The notes under the pieces: generated by a model
What the model saw: the letters and a program-made list of their open reading frames with translations, nothing else
What the model was told of the DNA's origin: nothing
Databases searched by the model: none
Made by a program: the position numbers and the translations under genes
Shown: one piece after another, positions 1 to 8,310 of the stretch
Position numbering within the stretch: the first letter of the stretch is position 1
Layout: each line of letters begins with the position of its first letter
Assembly: GCA_016839585.1 (NCBI GenBank)
Contig: JAEOTZ010000087.1
Location: 1-15,110, forward strand
DNA length: 15,110 nt
DNA from: Promethearchaeota archaeon
Lineage (GTDB): Archaea > Asgardarchaeota > Lokiarchaeia > Sigyniarchaeales > SOKP01
Reading direction: 5' to 3'

Positions 1-37
1 AAGGTAACAATAAATTAACTTCTACAATAGGAATAAA

Positions 38-2974
38 ATGATTAAAGATCTCTCTGAGACCAAATCCGATTTGACTTGTGAAGAATGTGGTGAACCCATA
101 AAACAAAATCAAATAGACAATAAACCTATATATTGTGAATTTTGCGGTGCTCTAAATAGCTCTGTAGATTCGCAACATCCAGAAAAATCACAACTAGAAC
201 AGGAAAGAATAAGGTTTTCTTATACTACTCAAGAATTAAGCCAAGAAATTAGAAATCTTATCTATCAGAAGATTTATGAATTGATGAAAGCGAATTTTTC
301 AATCATGAGCCGTTTAAAGCACCTAGAGGATCTTAAACAATCGCAAATATTAAAACTGGTTAAAAAATTACGAAGAGCATTATTATTTCTTTCCCTTCCT
401 TCCAACAGTACTGAGTTGCTGACTAAGACCTCAAAGAAAAAAATTGAAAATTATTTTGAGGACTTCCAAGCAAGCTTAAAAAAGAAGAAAAAAAATCAAT
501 CCAGTTATCTGCCTTATTTGATAAAAAATATCAAATTCATTTATAGATTAATCAAGGGAGATTTTGAATTCTCAACTCTTGCTAAATATAATCAGAAAGC
601 AGTGAAAAAATTAAAAACAAAATACGGATTTAAAATCAATCCTAAAAATATAAACTCATTCTCTTACTCTTTATCAATACTCCTGTGTAGAAAAATATAT
701 AAAATTATCACAGCTCAGGGGCATGTCTTAGATTTAAAACACAGTAAAAATGAATTAACTAAACAATATATATTAAACACTGCTAAAGATATAACAGCCT
801 TAATTTTAAATAATAATTTCAAGCAAAATTTCTCTAAAGCATATAGAGAACTAAAAAAGGACCTCGAAATCGATTGGGTTTACCGTGAAAGCTTTATTGA
901 ACATGTTTGCTCATTAATTAAACTTATCTATAAATTAGCATATAATAACGGCTATTCCTCTAGACTTAGAGGATTTCAAAAATTAGTTGCTGAAAGTTTA
1001 AAAGAAAGTAGGTTCTTTGAAGATAATACTACTTTTTCACCCTATTTTAAGGTCAATTTAGCTTTGATTCTAAGTAGAATTATTCACTATGCTCTTGAAT
1101 CATCCCAAAATTTAACTCCGCTACAATCTGACCCCAGAAAATTGAATAAAACCGATAATTTAAGAGTCGCAACTGAGATTTTAGATGAACTTCTTGCTGA
1201 TAAAAAAATTAAATCAGAATTTTTAAAGCAGTTTTATAACTTCTCTTTAGAAAAATTTCAAGAAGAATATGAAAATTTACAAGCAAAATTAAAATCTGAT
1301 ATGATCTATAAAGAAAACTTTCTATCGTTTATAAAAAAGCTTACAAATACGGTTTACAAAATCACTCACACCAGAAGTAAAAAATCGAGTCACTCAAAAA
1401 TAGAACTGGGAATTATTAAAGATCTCGCCAATTATAACTTTAATTGGGAGTCTTTCAAAAAAGAAAAATCTTGCTTCTACTCAGAGGAAAAAAATAAAAG
1501 TTATGATATATTTACCACTGAGATTCCAGAAAATAGTCTATTATGGCGTGTTCGAGCTTATATAATAGGTTTGCTTCTTGCCGACGGTAATATCCATAAA
1601 AATAAATTTTCAATTAGCCAACATAAAAAAGACTATGACCTTCTTTTAATTGCTCAAATGGCTCTTGGCGGAAAAATTAAACATGTTGGAGATAAAATCT
1701 TTAGATTATATCAAACTAATAAAAATTTAGTGGAACAATTAACAAGATATGGTATGGTTGAAAGACACTCGAAAAAGGAAGTAGCAAAATTTCTTCAAAT
1801 TCCAGATTATATCATAAAAAAAATAAATTTTATAACATTAATTAGAGATTTTGTAAGGGGTTTTTATGATGGTGATGGATGGTTTATTAGTACATCATCA
1901 AATGTCATGATGTTTGGTATAAATGGATCTCAGAATTTTTTAGAGTCAATAAAGGAGAAAATATTATTAGAAATTCCTAATCTATCAATCAATATTTATC
2001 CTTCTTTTAGAAGAGTATATATTGAAGGAACTAAAAAATACTTTGTGTTTTCTAAAAATAGGATATATATTCCGGGTTTTGGTGAACATTTGTTAGAATC
2101 AGAAGATTTAGAAAAAGGTAAAATAGTTAGAGAACAACATCCTTGGTTAAAAAGAATGCATATCGCTGGAAAATACAATTGTATTAAGTTTTTCAATTGG
2201 CTCTATTCAAATAATGACTTTTTCGATACTATCAAGATTGATGGGATTCATTTATGTGGAAAGCGAAAATTTCAGAAAGCATTAAACTCTTTAGGAGATT
2301 ATAACAAAAGAAAAGAAATTTTAGCACCTATTTGGAAAGATAGCCTTCGAAACATCGTGCAAATCCTTGAAAATCGCTTTTATACTTCAAAAGAACTAAT
2401 GGTTTTAACAAATAATTGCTTAATGAACATGTTAAAAGATTTGAAATTATTAAAATTATATCAGAAAAATAAAATAAATAATGTAAGTGATTTTAATAGA
2501 GAATTAAAGAAGATTGAACTTTTAGAAGGCTCCTTGATTAGTTATCAAACAAGATTGGGTAGAAGCAATGTAAATTACTATTTTAGCACCGCTTACACAT
2601 TATCAAAAATACCTGATAATTATCATAGAAAAATAGATTTAATTACGAGAAAAGGGAATCCAAAAAAAATTCTGAAGAATCTTATAATACATCTTTTCAT
2701 CTCTAATAATAAGGGTTATGAATTTAAAGAATTAATAGAAATTTTAAATGATTATAATATATTTAATCCAACTACATTAAGGCCAAATAGGATTATATTA
2801 GATATCGCAGAATTAAAGAATTTTGATATAATAATTGAAGATGATAAAGATATTGAATTATATGAACATCGTTTCGTTCTTAACATTTCTCTTTTACCCA
2901 AATACTATAAAATGGAATTAAATAAACTAAAAAAGGAATTAGAAAAGTTATTTAAATATAAAAAAAATCTTTAA
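38..2974 (+). CDS. Multidomain double-motif LAGLIDADG endonuclease-like protein (N-terminal Zn ribbon, three ~120-130 aa helical repeats, LAGLIDADG core, putative C-terminal winged helices)
   Basis: 978-aa ORF with AGGA just upstream. CEEC...CEFC at aa 14-36. LAGLIDADG motifs AYIIGLLLADG (aa 507-517, nt 1556-1588) and DFVRGFYDGDG (aa 604-614, nt 1847-1879). The domain ends in a typical CIKFFNWLY...RKF segment. Confidence 0.85.
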   Translation: MIKDLSETKSDLTCEECGEPIKQNQIDNKPIYCEFCGALNSSVDSQHPEKSQLEQERIRFSYTTQELSQEIRNLIYQKIYELMKANFSIMSRLKHLEDLKQSQILKLVKKLRRALLFLSLPSNSTELLTKTSKKKIENYFEDFQASLKKKKKNQSSYLPYLIKNIKFIYRLIKGDFEFSTLAKYNQKAVKKLKTKYGFKINPKNINSFSYSLSILLCRKIYKIITAQGHVLDLKHSKNELTKQYILNTAKDITALILNNNFKQNFSKAYRELKKDLEIDWVYRESFIEHVCSLIKLIYKLAYNNGYSSRLRGFQKLVAESLKESRFFEDNTTFSPYFKVNLALILSRIIHYALESSQNLTPLQSDPRKLNKTDNLRVATEILDELLADKKIKSEFLKQFYNFSLEKFQEEYENLQAKLKSDMIYKENFLSFIKKLTNTVYKITHTRSKKSSHSKIELGIIKDLANYNFNWESFKKEKSCFYSEEKNKSYDIFTTEIPENSLLWRVRAYIIGLLLADGNIHKNKFSISQHKKDYDLLLIAQMALGGKIKHVGDKIFRLYQTNKNLVEQLTRYGMVERHSKKEVAKFLQIPDYIIKKINFITLIRDFVRGFYDGDGWFISTSSNVMMFGINGSQNFLESIKEKILLEIPNLSINIYPSFRRVYIEGTKKYFVFSKNRIYIPGFGEHLLESEDLEKGKIVREQHPWLKRMHIAGKYNCIKFFNWLYSNNDFFDTIKIDGIHLCGKRKFQKALNSLGDYNKRKEILAPIWKDSLRNIVQILENRFYTSKELMVLTNNCLMNMLKDLKLLKLYQKNKINNVSDFNRELKKIELLEGSLISYQTRLGRSNVNYYFSTAYTLSKIPDNYHRKIDLITRKGNPKKILKNLIIHLFISNNKGYEFKELIEILNDYNIFNPTTLRPNRIILDIAELKNFDIIIEDDKDIELYEHRFVLNISLLPKYYKMELNKLKKELEKLFKYKKNL

Positions 2975-2982
2975 AAAAAAAA
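2973..2982 (-). terminator. Oligo-T (T10) archaeal-type terminator of acs
   Basis: A10 run on the + strand, read as T10 on the minus strand, beginning 5 nt after the acs stop codon at the convergent junction. Confidence 0.5.
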
Positions 2983-2987
2983 TAATA

Positions 2988-4970
2988 TTAACCAACTTCT
3001 ACATCCATCTTTTTCCGTTCTTCAAGCAAGGCATCTACTACGGAAGGATCGGCTAATGTGGTTACATTCCCTATTTCTGTTCCAGCTGCAATTGCTTTTA
3101 GGATTCTTCTCATAATTTTGCCACTTCGCGTCTTAGGTAACGCATCCGCAAATTGAATTACATCTGGCTGAAATACGGGACCTATCTCTTTTCTAACATG
3201 CATCCGAATCTCTTTGGATAGTTTGGCTGATTTTTCTACCCCCTGCATTAATGTAATGTAAGCCCAGATGGCCTGCCCTTTAATTTTATGCGGAAATGGA
3301 GCGACAGCGGCTTCTGCGACCTTTGGATGACTTACAAGAGCAGATTCTACTTCCATAGTTCCTATTCGATGCCCACTTACTTTAATGACATCATCTAATC
3401 GCCCAAGAATCCAATAATAACCATCTTCATCTCGTCGTGCTCCATCACCAGTATAATAGTATCCAGGATATTTTTCAAAATATGTTGATTTAAATCTCTC
3501 TGTATCACCCCAGACATCCCTTAACATTCCCGGCCAAGGTTGAGCTATAGCAAAATAGCCTCCCTCATCTGGTTCAGTAACTTCATCACCCTCGAGGTCG
3601 AATATAATTGGCTTAATACCTAAAAATGGCATGCAGCAGGAACCCGGTTTAGTTGGCGTTGCTGTAGCAATTGGTGTCATTATAAAGCCCCCTGTCTCTG
3701 TTTGCCAGTAAGTATCAACAATTGGGGCTTTACTTTTGCCGATTATATTAAAGTACCATAACCAAGCTTCTGGATTTATTGGTTCTCCAACAGTTCCTAA
3801 AACTTTTAAAGAACTTAGGTCATGTTTTTTAACTGGTTCATCTCCATATCTCATCAAGGCACGAATTGCTGTAGGGGCAGTATAGAAATGAGTTACTTTA
3901 TTACGTTCTACAATATCCCAGAATCTATCCACATCAGGATAAGTCGGAACTCCCTCAAACATTAATGTAGTTGCACCATTAGCTAAAGGTCCATATACTA
4001 TATAGGAGTGACCGGTAATCCAACCAATATCTGCAGTACAGTACCAAACATCACCATCATGGTAATTAAATACGATTTTATGTGTAAACGACGTAAATAA
4101 TATATAACCTGCAGTTGTATGTTTAACACCTTTCGGTTTTCCAGTTGTTCCACTTGTATATAAAATAAATAAAGTATCCTCAGAATCCATTACTTCAGGT
4201 TCGCATTCATCGCTCATCCCTTCAATAAAATCGTGATACCAAATATCCTTATCAGTATGCGGGACTTCTCTTCCAGATCGTTTTACTACGATAACATGCT
4301 CCATTGTTGGAACATCATCAATAATTTGAATCACATCAGCTATTTTTGGATAGAATTTCCCTGCTCTTAAGGTTTCATCGCTGGTGAATAAGAGTCGTGA
4401 GTCAGAATCATCGATTCGGTCCTTTACAGCTTCTTTTGAGAAACCACCAAAAACTATAGAATGAATAACTCCAAGGCGAGCACAAGCAAGCATTATTATT
4501 GCTAATTCAGGAACCATAGGTAACCAAATTGTTACACGATCTCCCTTTTTCAAACCAAGTTTTTTCATACCATTGGCAACTTTATTGACTTCTTTTAATA
4601 ATTCTGTGTAAGTATAAGTTTTAACATTTCCTGGCTCGTCAGCTTCCCAAATAAGAGCCACTGTATCGCCTTTTCCAACTTTTATATGCCGGTCTAAACA
4701 GTTGTAAGCAACATTTAGTTTACCTCCGACAAACCATTTACCAGGAAACAAATCTGTTTTTTCCCATACTTTTTCATAAGGCTCGAACCAGTCAAGAGAT
4801 TTCGCTTGGTCATCCCAAAAACCTTCCATATCTTCAATTGATTGTTTGTAAAGTTTCTCATATTCTTCTAAAGACATGCCAGATTTAACAAATTCCTTGT
4901 TTAACTTAATAGGATCAAAAATGCGTGTTTCAGTAAGAATACTTTCCATCTTTTTGTCTTCTTCAGACAT
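2988..4970 (-). CDS. acs: Acetate--CoA ligase (AMP-forming acetyl-CoA synthetase)
   Basis: 660 aa with ANL motifs YTSGTTGKPKG, WYCTADIGWITGHSY, DTYWQTETGG, GRLDDVIKVSGHRIG and PKTRSGKIMRR (acetylatable Lys618, nt 3117-3119). SD-like GAAGTGA upstream. Confidence 0.97.
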   Translation of the reverse strand: MSEEDKKMESILTETRIFDPIKLNKEFVKSGMSLEEYEKLYKQSIEDMEGFWDDQAKSLDWFEPYEKVWEKTDLFPGKWFVGGKLNVAYNCLDRHIKVGKGDTVALIWEADEPGNVKTYTYTELLKEVNKVANGMKKLGLKKGDRVTIWLPMVPELAIIMLACARLGVIHSIVFGGFSKEAVKDRIDDSDSRLLFTSDETLRAGKFYPKIADVIQIIDDVPTMEHVIVVKRSGREVPHTDKDIWYHDFIEGMSDECEPEVMDSEDTLFILYTSGTTGKPKGVKHTTAGYILFTSFTHKIVFNYHDGDVWYCTADIGWITGHSYIVYGPLANGATTLMFEGVPTYPDVDRFWDIVERNKVTHFYTAPTAIRALMRYGDEPVKKHDLSSLKVLGTVGEPINPEAWLWYFNIIGKSKAPIVDTYWQTETGGFIMTPIATATPTKPGSCCMPFLGIKPIIFDLEGDEVTEPDEGGYFAIAQPWPGMLRDVWGDTERFKSTYFEKYPGYYYTGDGARRDEDGYYWILGRLDDVIKVSGHRIGTMEVESALVSHPKVAEAAVAPFPHKIKGQAIWAYITLMQGVEKSAKLSKEIRMHVRKEIGPVFQPDVIQFADALPKTRSGKIMRRILKAIAAGTEIGNVTTLADPSVVDALLEERKKMDVEVG

Positions 4971-5246
4971 ATCATTTCACTTCTTTGAATTTTATTATAT
5001 TTGAATTATTTTATGTTATAATTTTTGTTAATACATTAAAAATTTTAAAGATTCATTTTCAGTCTCATCATATTTAAAATTTGTATTTTAATAAGACGAG
5101 TATAAGTCAAAAAATAGATATATTAAATCATTTTTAAACATTTTATTTATAATTTCAAAAAAATTATATGGATAAAAGAGTATATAATAAAACTATTCAA
5201 TATAATTTTAATAAAATAAAATCTATTTTTAGCGTGAGTATCAAAA
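4971..5246. promoter_or_regulatory. Divergent promoter region between acs and the CoA-transferase-like/GNAT gene
   Basis: 276-bp very AT-rich intergenic region. TATA-like TTTAAATA on the minus strand (5071-5078) and TATATAAT on the plus strand (5181-5188), each preceded by an A-rich BRE-like run. Exact sites are uncertain. Confidence 0.45.
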
Positions 5247-7157
5247 ATGAAAAATTTAGATTTTCGAGACCATGATTGGAGAAAGAAATGGACAGATAAA
5301 GAGATCACAGCAGAAGAAGCAATTAGAAAAATTATCCCAGGCAATAGAGTATTCATAGATTCTGGGTGTGCAGAACCACAATTATTAACTATGGAATTAA
5401 TTAAGCATTCAGAAAAGTTGATCGATACTGAAATTCTCCATTTTTTAACAATAGGTCCTGAAAAATATTTCAAAGATAAAGCTGAAGATCTTTTCCGACA
5501 TAATGTGTTTTTTATTGGAGAAACTCTTCGTGATGAAATAAATAAAGGACAAGCAGATTATACACCGATTTATGCCAGTGAAATTCCATCATTATTTGAG
5601 ACAGGGAGAAAACATATTGATGTAGCTCTTATCCAAATTACGCCACCAGATCCTTATGGATTTTGTTCTTTTGGAATTAATGTTGATATAGCAAAACCAA
5701 TAGCTCAATCATCTAATATCACAATTGCAGAAATTAATCCCCAGATGCCAAGAACATTAGGTAATAGCTTTATTCATATGAAAGAAATTGATTATTATGT
5801 TTATAATGATACACCATTACATGAGTTTCATTTTGATGAACCGGATGAAATTGCGAAAAGAATAGGACAGAATTTAGCAAATTTAATTGAGAACAAATCA
5901 ACGATACATGTTGGTTTTGGTGATTTACCAAATGCCGCTTTGAAGTTTTTAGGGGAAAAAAAGGATTTAGGCATGCATTCTCATTATATCACAGATAATA
6001 TAATCCCTCTTATTGAAGGAGGAGTTTTAACCTGTAGGAAAAAGAATTATCATCCAGAAAAAATTATAGCAAGTTATGCTTTAGGAACTAAGAAATTATA
6101 TAATTTTGTAAATAATAATCCATACATCGAGTTTTATCCCTCTGATTATGTTTGTAATCCTAGATTTATTGGAATGAATAAAAAACTAGTTTCAATAAAT
6201 TCTGCTCGCCAAATCGATCTAACTGGGCAAGTAAATGCTTCTACAGAAGGATATCGATTTTATTCTGGACTTGGTGAAACCATTGATTTTATGAGAGGAG
6301 CCGCTTTTTCTAAAGGAGGCAAACCGATTATAATTATTCCATCAACATCTCGAGACGGTAAAAAGTCAAGAATAGTCTCTCATTTAGATGAAGGGGCAGG
6401 GATTATGTTATCTCGGGGGGATGTCCATTATGTAGTTACTGAATGGGGTGTTGCGTATCTCCATGGTAAATCAATTAGAGAACGGATAGTTGAATTGATT
6501 TGTATTGCACACCCAAAATTCCGTCAATCATTATTAGACGAGGCTAAGAAACTAAATTATGTATATTCTGACCAGGTACTTCCATGTGATGATAATGGGA
6601 ATATTTGTCTATATCCCTCTCAATATGTAACTATTTATGAAACACACGATAAACAAAAGATAAGAATACGCCCTGTTAAAACTACGGATGAGCCATTATT
6701 AAGAGATTTATATTACTCATTGAGTGAGAGGGATAGATATTTAAGATTTTTTGAACTAAAAAAAGAATTTACTCATTCTAAAACACAATTTGAAGTAAAT
6801 ATTGATTATAACAATGTTTTTTCCATTGGAGCATTTATAGGTGAAATTGGAAATGAAAAGATGATAGGAAATGCTACCTATTATTTAAATCCTAAATTAA
6901 ATATGGGAGAGTATAGTTTCCTTGTGAGAGATGATTATAGAGGCAAAGGAATTGGTGGATTTCTTTATCAACATATAATTATTATCGCAAAAGAAAGAGG
7001 ATTAAAAGGACTTTATGGAAATATTCATATTCAAAATAAAAGTGCTGTCAGAATAATTAGAACGGGTGGATATACTAGAATAACTCCTCCGGGAAATCTT
7101 GATGGAAAAGAACTGTTCTATGAAGTCTTTTTTGATAAAGAAGATTCAACTAATTGA
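5247..7157 (+). CDS. Acetyl-CoA hydrolase/4-hydroxybutyrate CoA-transferase-like domain fused to a C-terminal Pat-like GNAT acetyltransferase
   Basis: The N-terminal ~440 aa carry family motifs (AEINPQMPRTLG, INSARQIDLTGQV, DVHYVVTEWGVAYLHGKSIRER, IAHPKFR). From aa ~456 there is a GNAT domain (IRPVKTTD, SLSERDRYLRFF, GEYSFLVRDDYRGKGIG). Confidence 0.92.
   Translation: MKNLDFRDHDWRKKWTDKEITAEEAIRKIIPGNRVFIDSGCAEPQLLTMELIKHSEKLIDTEILHFLTIGPEKYFKDKAEDLFRHNVFFIGETLRDEINKGQADYTPIYASEIPSLFETGRKHIDVALIQITPPDPYGFCSFGINVDIAKPIAQSSNITIAEINPQMPRTLGNSFIHMKEIDYYVYNDTPLHEFHFDEPDEIAKRIGQNLANLIENKSTIHVGFGDLPNAALKFLGEKKDLGMHSHYITDNIIPLIEGGVLTCRKKNYHPEKIIASYALGTKKLYNFVNNNPYIEFYPSDYVCNPRFIGMNKKLVSINSARQIDLTGQVNASTEGYRFYSGLGETIDFMRGAAFSKGGKPIIIIPSTSRDGKKSRIVSHLDEGAGIMLSRGDVHYVVTEWGVAYLHGKSIRERIVELICIAHPKFRQSLLDEAKKLNYVYSDQVLPCDDNGNICLYPSQYVTIYETHDKQKIRIRPVKTTDEPLLRDLYYSLSERDRYLRFFELKKEFTHSKTQFEVNIDYNNVFSIGAFIGEIGNEKMIGNATYYLNPKLNMGEYSFLVRDDYRGKGIGGFLYQHIIIIAKERGLKGLYGNIHIQNKSAVRIIRTGGYTRITPPGNLDGKELFYEVFFDKEDSTN
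7108..7157 (+). repeat. Direct repeat copy 1 (3' end of the CoA-transferase-like/GNAT gene)
   Basis: 7108-7147 matches 8311-8350 at 36/40 nt, with a perfect 24-nt core TATGAAGTCTTTTTTGATAAAGAA at 7119-7142. Confidence 0.9.
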
Positions 7158-7305
7158 TTAATCAGCTAAAATAACTCAAGAAAACTTCTAAAAGGCTTTT
7201 TTATGAAGGAGTAAATAGATTGAACCTTATCTAAATTGCCAAAATTTAAATCTTAATTAAAATACATTTATTTACTTTTTTAATATAGTTTTTAAATAAA
7301 AATTA

Positions 7306-7314
7306 GAAGGTGAT
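7306..7314 (+). promoter_or_regulatory. Shine-Dalgarno site GAAGGTGAT for the MBL hydrolase gene
   Basis: GGTGA at 7309-7313 lies 5 nt before an in-frame ATA at 7319. Confidence 0.7.
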
Positions 7315-7318
7315 CTAA

Positions 7319-8221
7319 ATAGTTATTATAAATTATGAAGGAAAATTTGATGACAATTATTATCTTATAGATGGAATGACAATGGGATTACCCAAATTTC
7401 TTTCAATTTACATTGTTGAAAACAATGGTATGCGACTAATGATTGATGTTGGGGAAGCATTAAAAGCTCGAACAATCATAAAAAAACTCAAAGATTTCGG
7501 TCTTTATCCTATTCATAAAATCGTCTTGACTCATTCTCATTGGGATCATGCTCAAGGGCTCTCAAAATTGGTTAACCTAATGAAAGACTTGGATGTAGAA
7601 ATTTTAGCTTCAGAAAACGCGGTTGAAAATTTAAAACATCCAGAAAAAACGATTGAAGGATACGAGGGAATTAAGTCATATCCTTTTGAAGAAGAGGTTA
7701 CACCATTGAGAGAAGGTGATTTCATAGATTTAAATGGATTAGAATTAGAGATCAAGAATTTTTTTGGGCATACGATGGATTCTATTGGAATTTTTGACAA
7801 AACAAATAGAAATATATTCGTAGGAGACGCATTCATTATGAGATTAGACCAAGATGCTTTTTTTATACCTCTCATGCCCCCTGATTTCCATGAACAAGAA
7901 CTCCTCAAGACTTTTGTTAAATTACGAGAAATGAGAAATGAATTGAACTCCATCTCTTTAGCTCATTTTGGAGTATGGAAAGATAATCACTTTGAACAAA
8001 TTTTAAATGAAATGGAAGATCTCTACTTTAATACGAAAACCTCACTAATAGAATGGTATAATGAAAATCCATCAATTGAGGTTATAAATGGTAAGTACTG
8101 TAGAAAATTTTTGTCCGCCTCTAAATTTTGGAACGAGAAAGTATTTACATTTCTTATAGATTATATGATAAACGGTTTAAAGTTGAGTGGGTTTATTGAA
8201 GGAGAAAAAACAGTATATTAA
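7319..8221 (+). CDS. Metallo-beta-lactamase-fold hydrolase (first ATG at 7376; probable true start at ATA 7319)
   Basis: Motifs THSHWDHAQG (HxHxDH), GHT, GDA and AHFG. The frame is open back to ATA 7319, directly after an in-frame TAA and a strong SD. Confidence 0.88.
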   Translation: MVIINYEGKFDDNYYLIDGMTMGLPKFLSIYIVENNGMRLMIDVGEALKARTIIKKLKDFGLYPIHKIVLTHSHWDHAQGLSKLVNLMKDLDVEILASENAVENLKHPEKTIEGYEGIKSYPFEEEVTPLREGDFIDLNGLELEIKNFFGHTMDSIGIFDKTNRNIFVGDAFIMRLDQDAFFIPLMPPDFHEQELLKTFVKLREMRNELNSISLAHFGVWKDNHFEQILNEMEDLYFNTKTSLIEWYNENPSIEVINGKYCRKFLSASKFWNEKVFTFLIDYMINGLKLSGFIEGEKTVY

Positions 8222-8310
8222 TTAACCATATTCACTTCATTTCTAAAAAGCAATCTTTCTTACTCGAGAATTCAATTATTACAAGTAAAAAAAGCACATT
8301 TGTTATCACC

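Noticed and set aside
1996-2196. 66-aa minus-strand ORF
   Set aside because: Antisense shadow inside the LAGLIDADG gene with no recognisable motif.
1472-2419. Possible intein in ORF1 (Cys in KSCFY before the nuclease; VLTNNC at 2402-2419 resembles an intein end, VLTHNC)
   Set aside because: Only ~28 aa separate that Cys from the first LAGLIDADG motif. There is no block B TxxH, no clear block F and no penultimate His, and VLTNNC falls within a predicted helix. A HINT HMM search would settle it.
5147-5473. 108-aa minus-strand ORF
   Set aside because: Overlaps the 5' end of the CoA-transferase-like/GNAT gene in antisense and runs into AT-rich promoter DNA.
7155-7169. Selenocysteine readthrough of the GNAT gene TGA
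   Set aside because: An in-frame TAA follows after three sense codons, the duplicate copy has TAA at the same position, and no SECIS-like hairpin was recognised.
7552-7953. 133-aa minus-strand ORF
   Set aside because: Ser/Phe-rich antisense shadow of the MBL gene.
7319-8221. Calling the MBL protein a beta-lactamase or nuclease
   Set aside because: Only the generic fold motifs are visible and there is no beta-CASP domain, so the substrate cannot be assigned.
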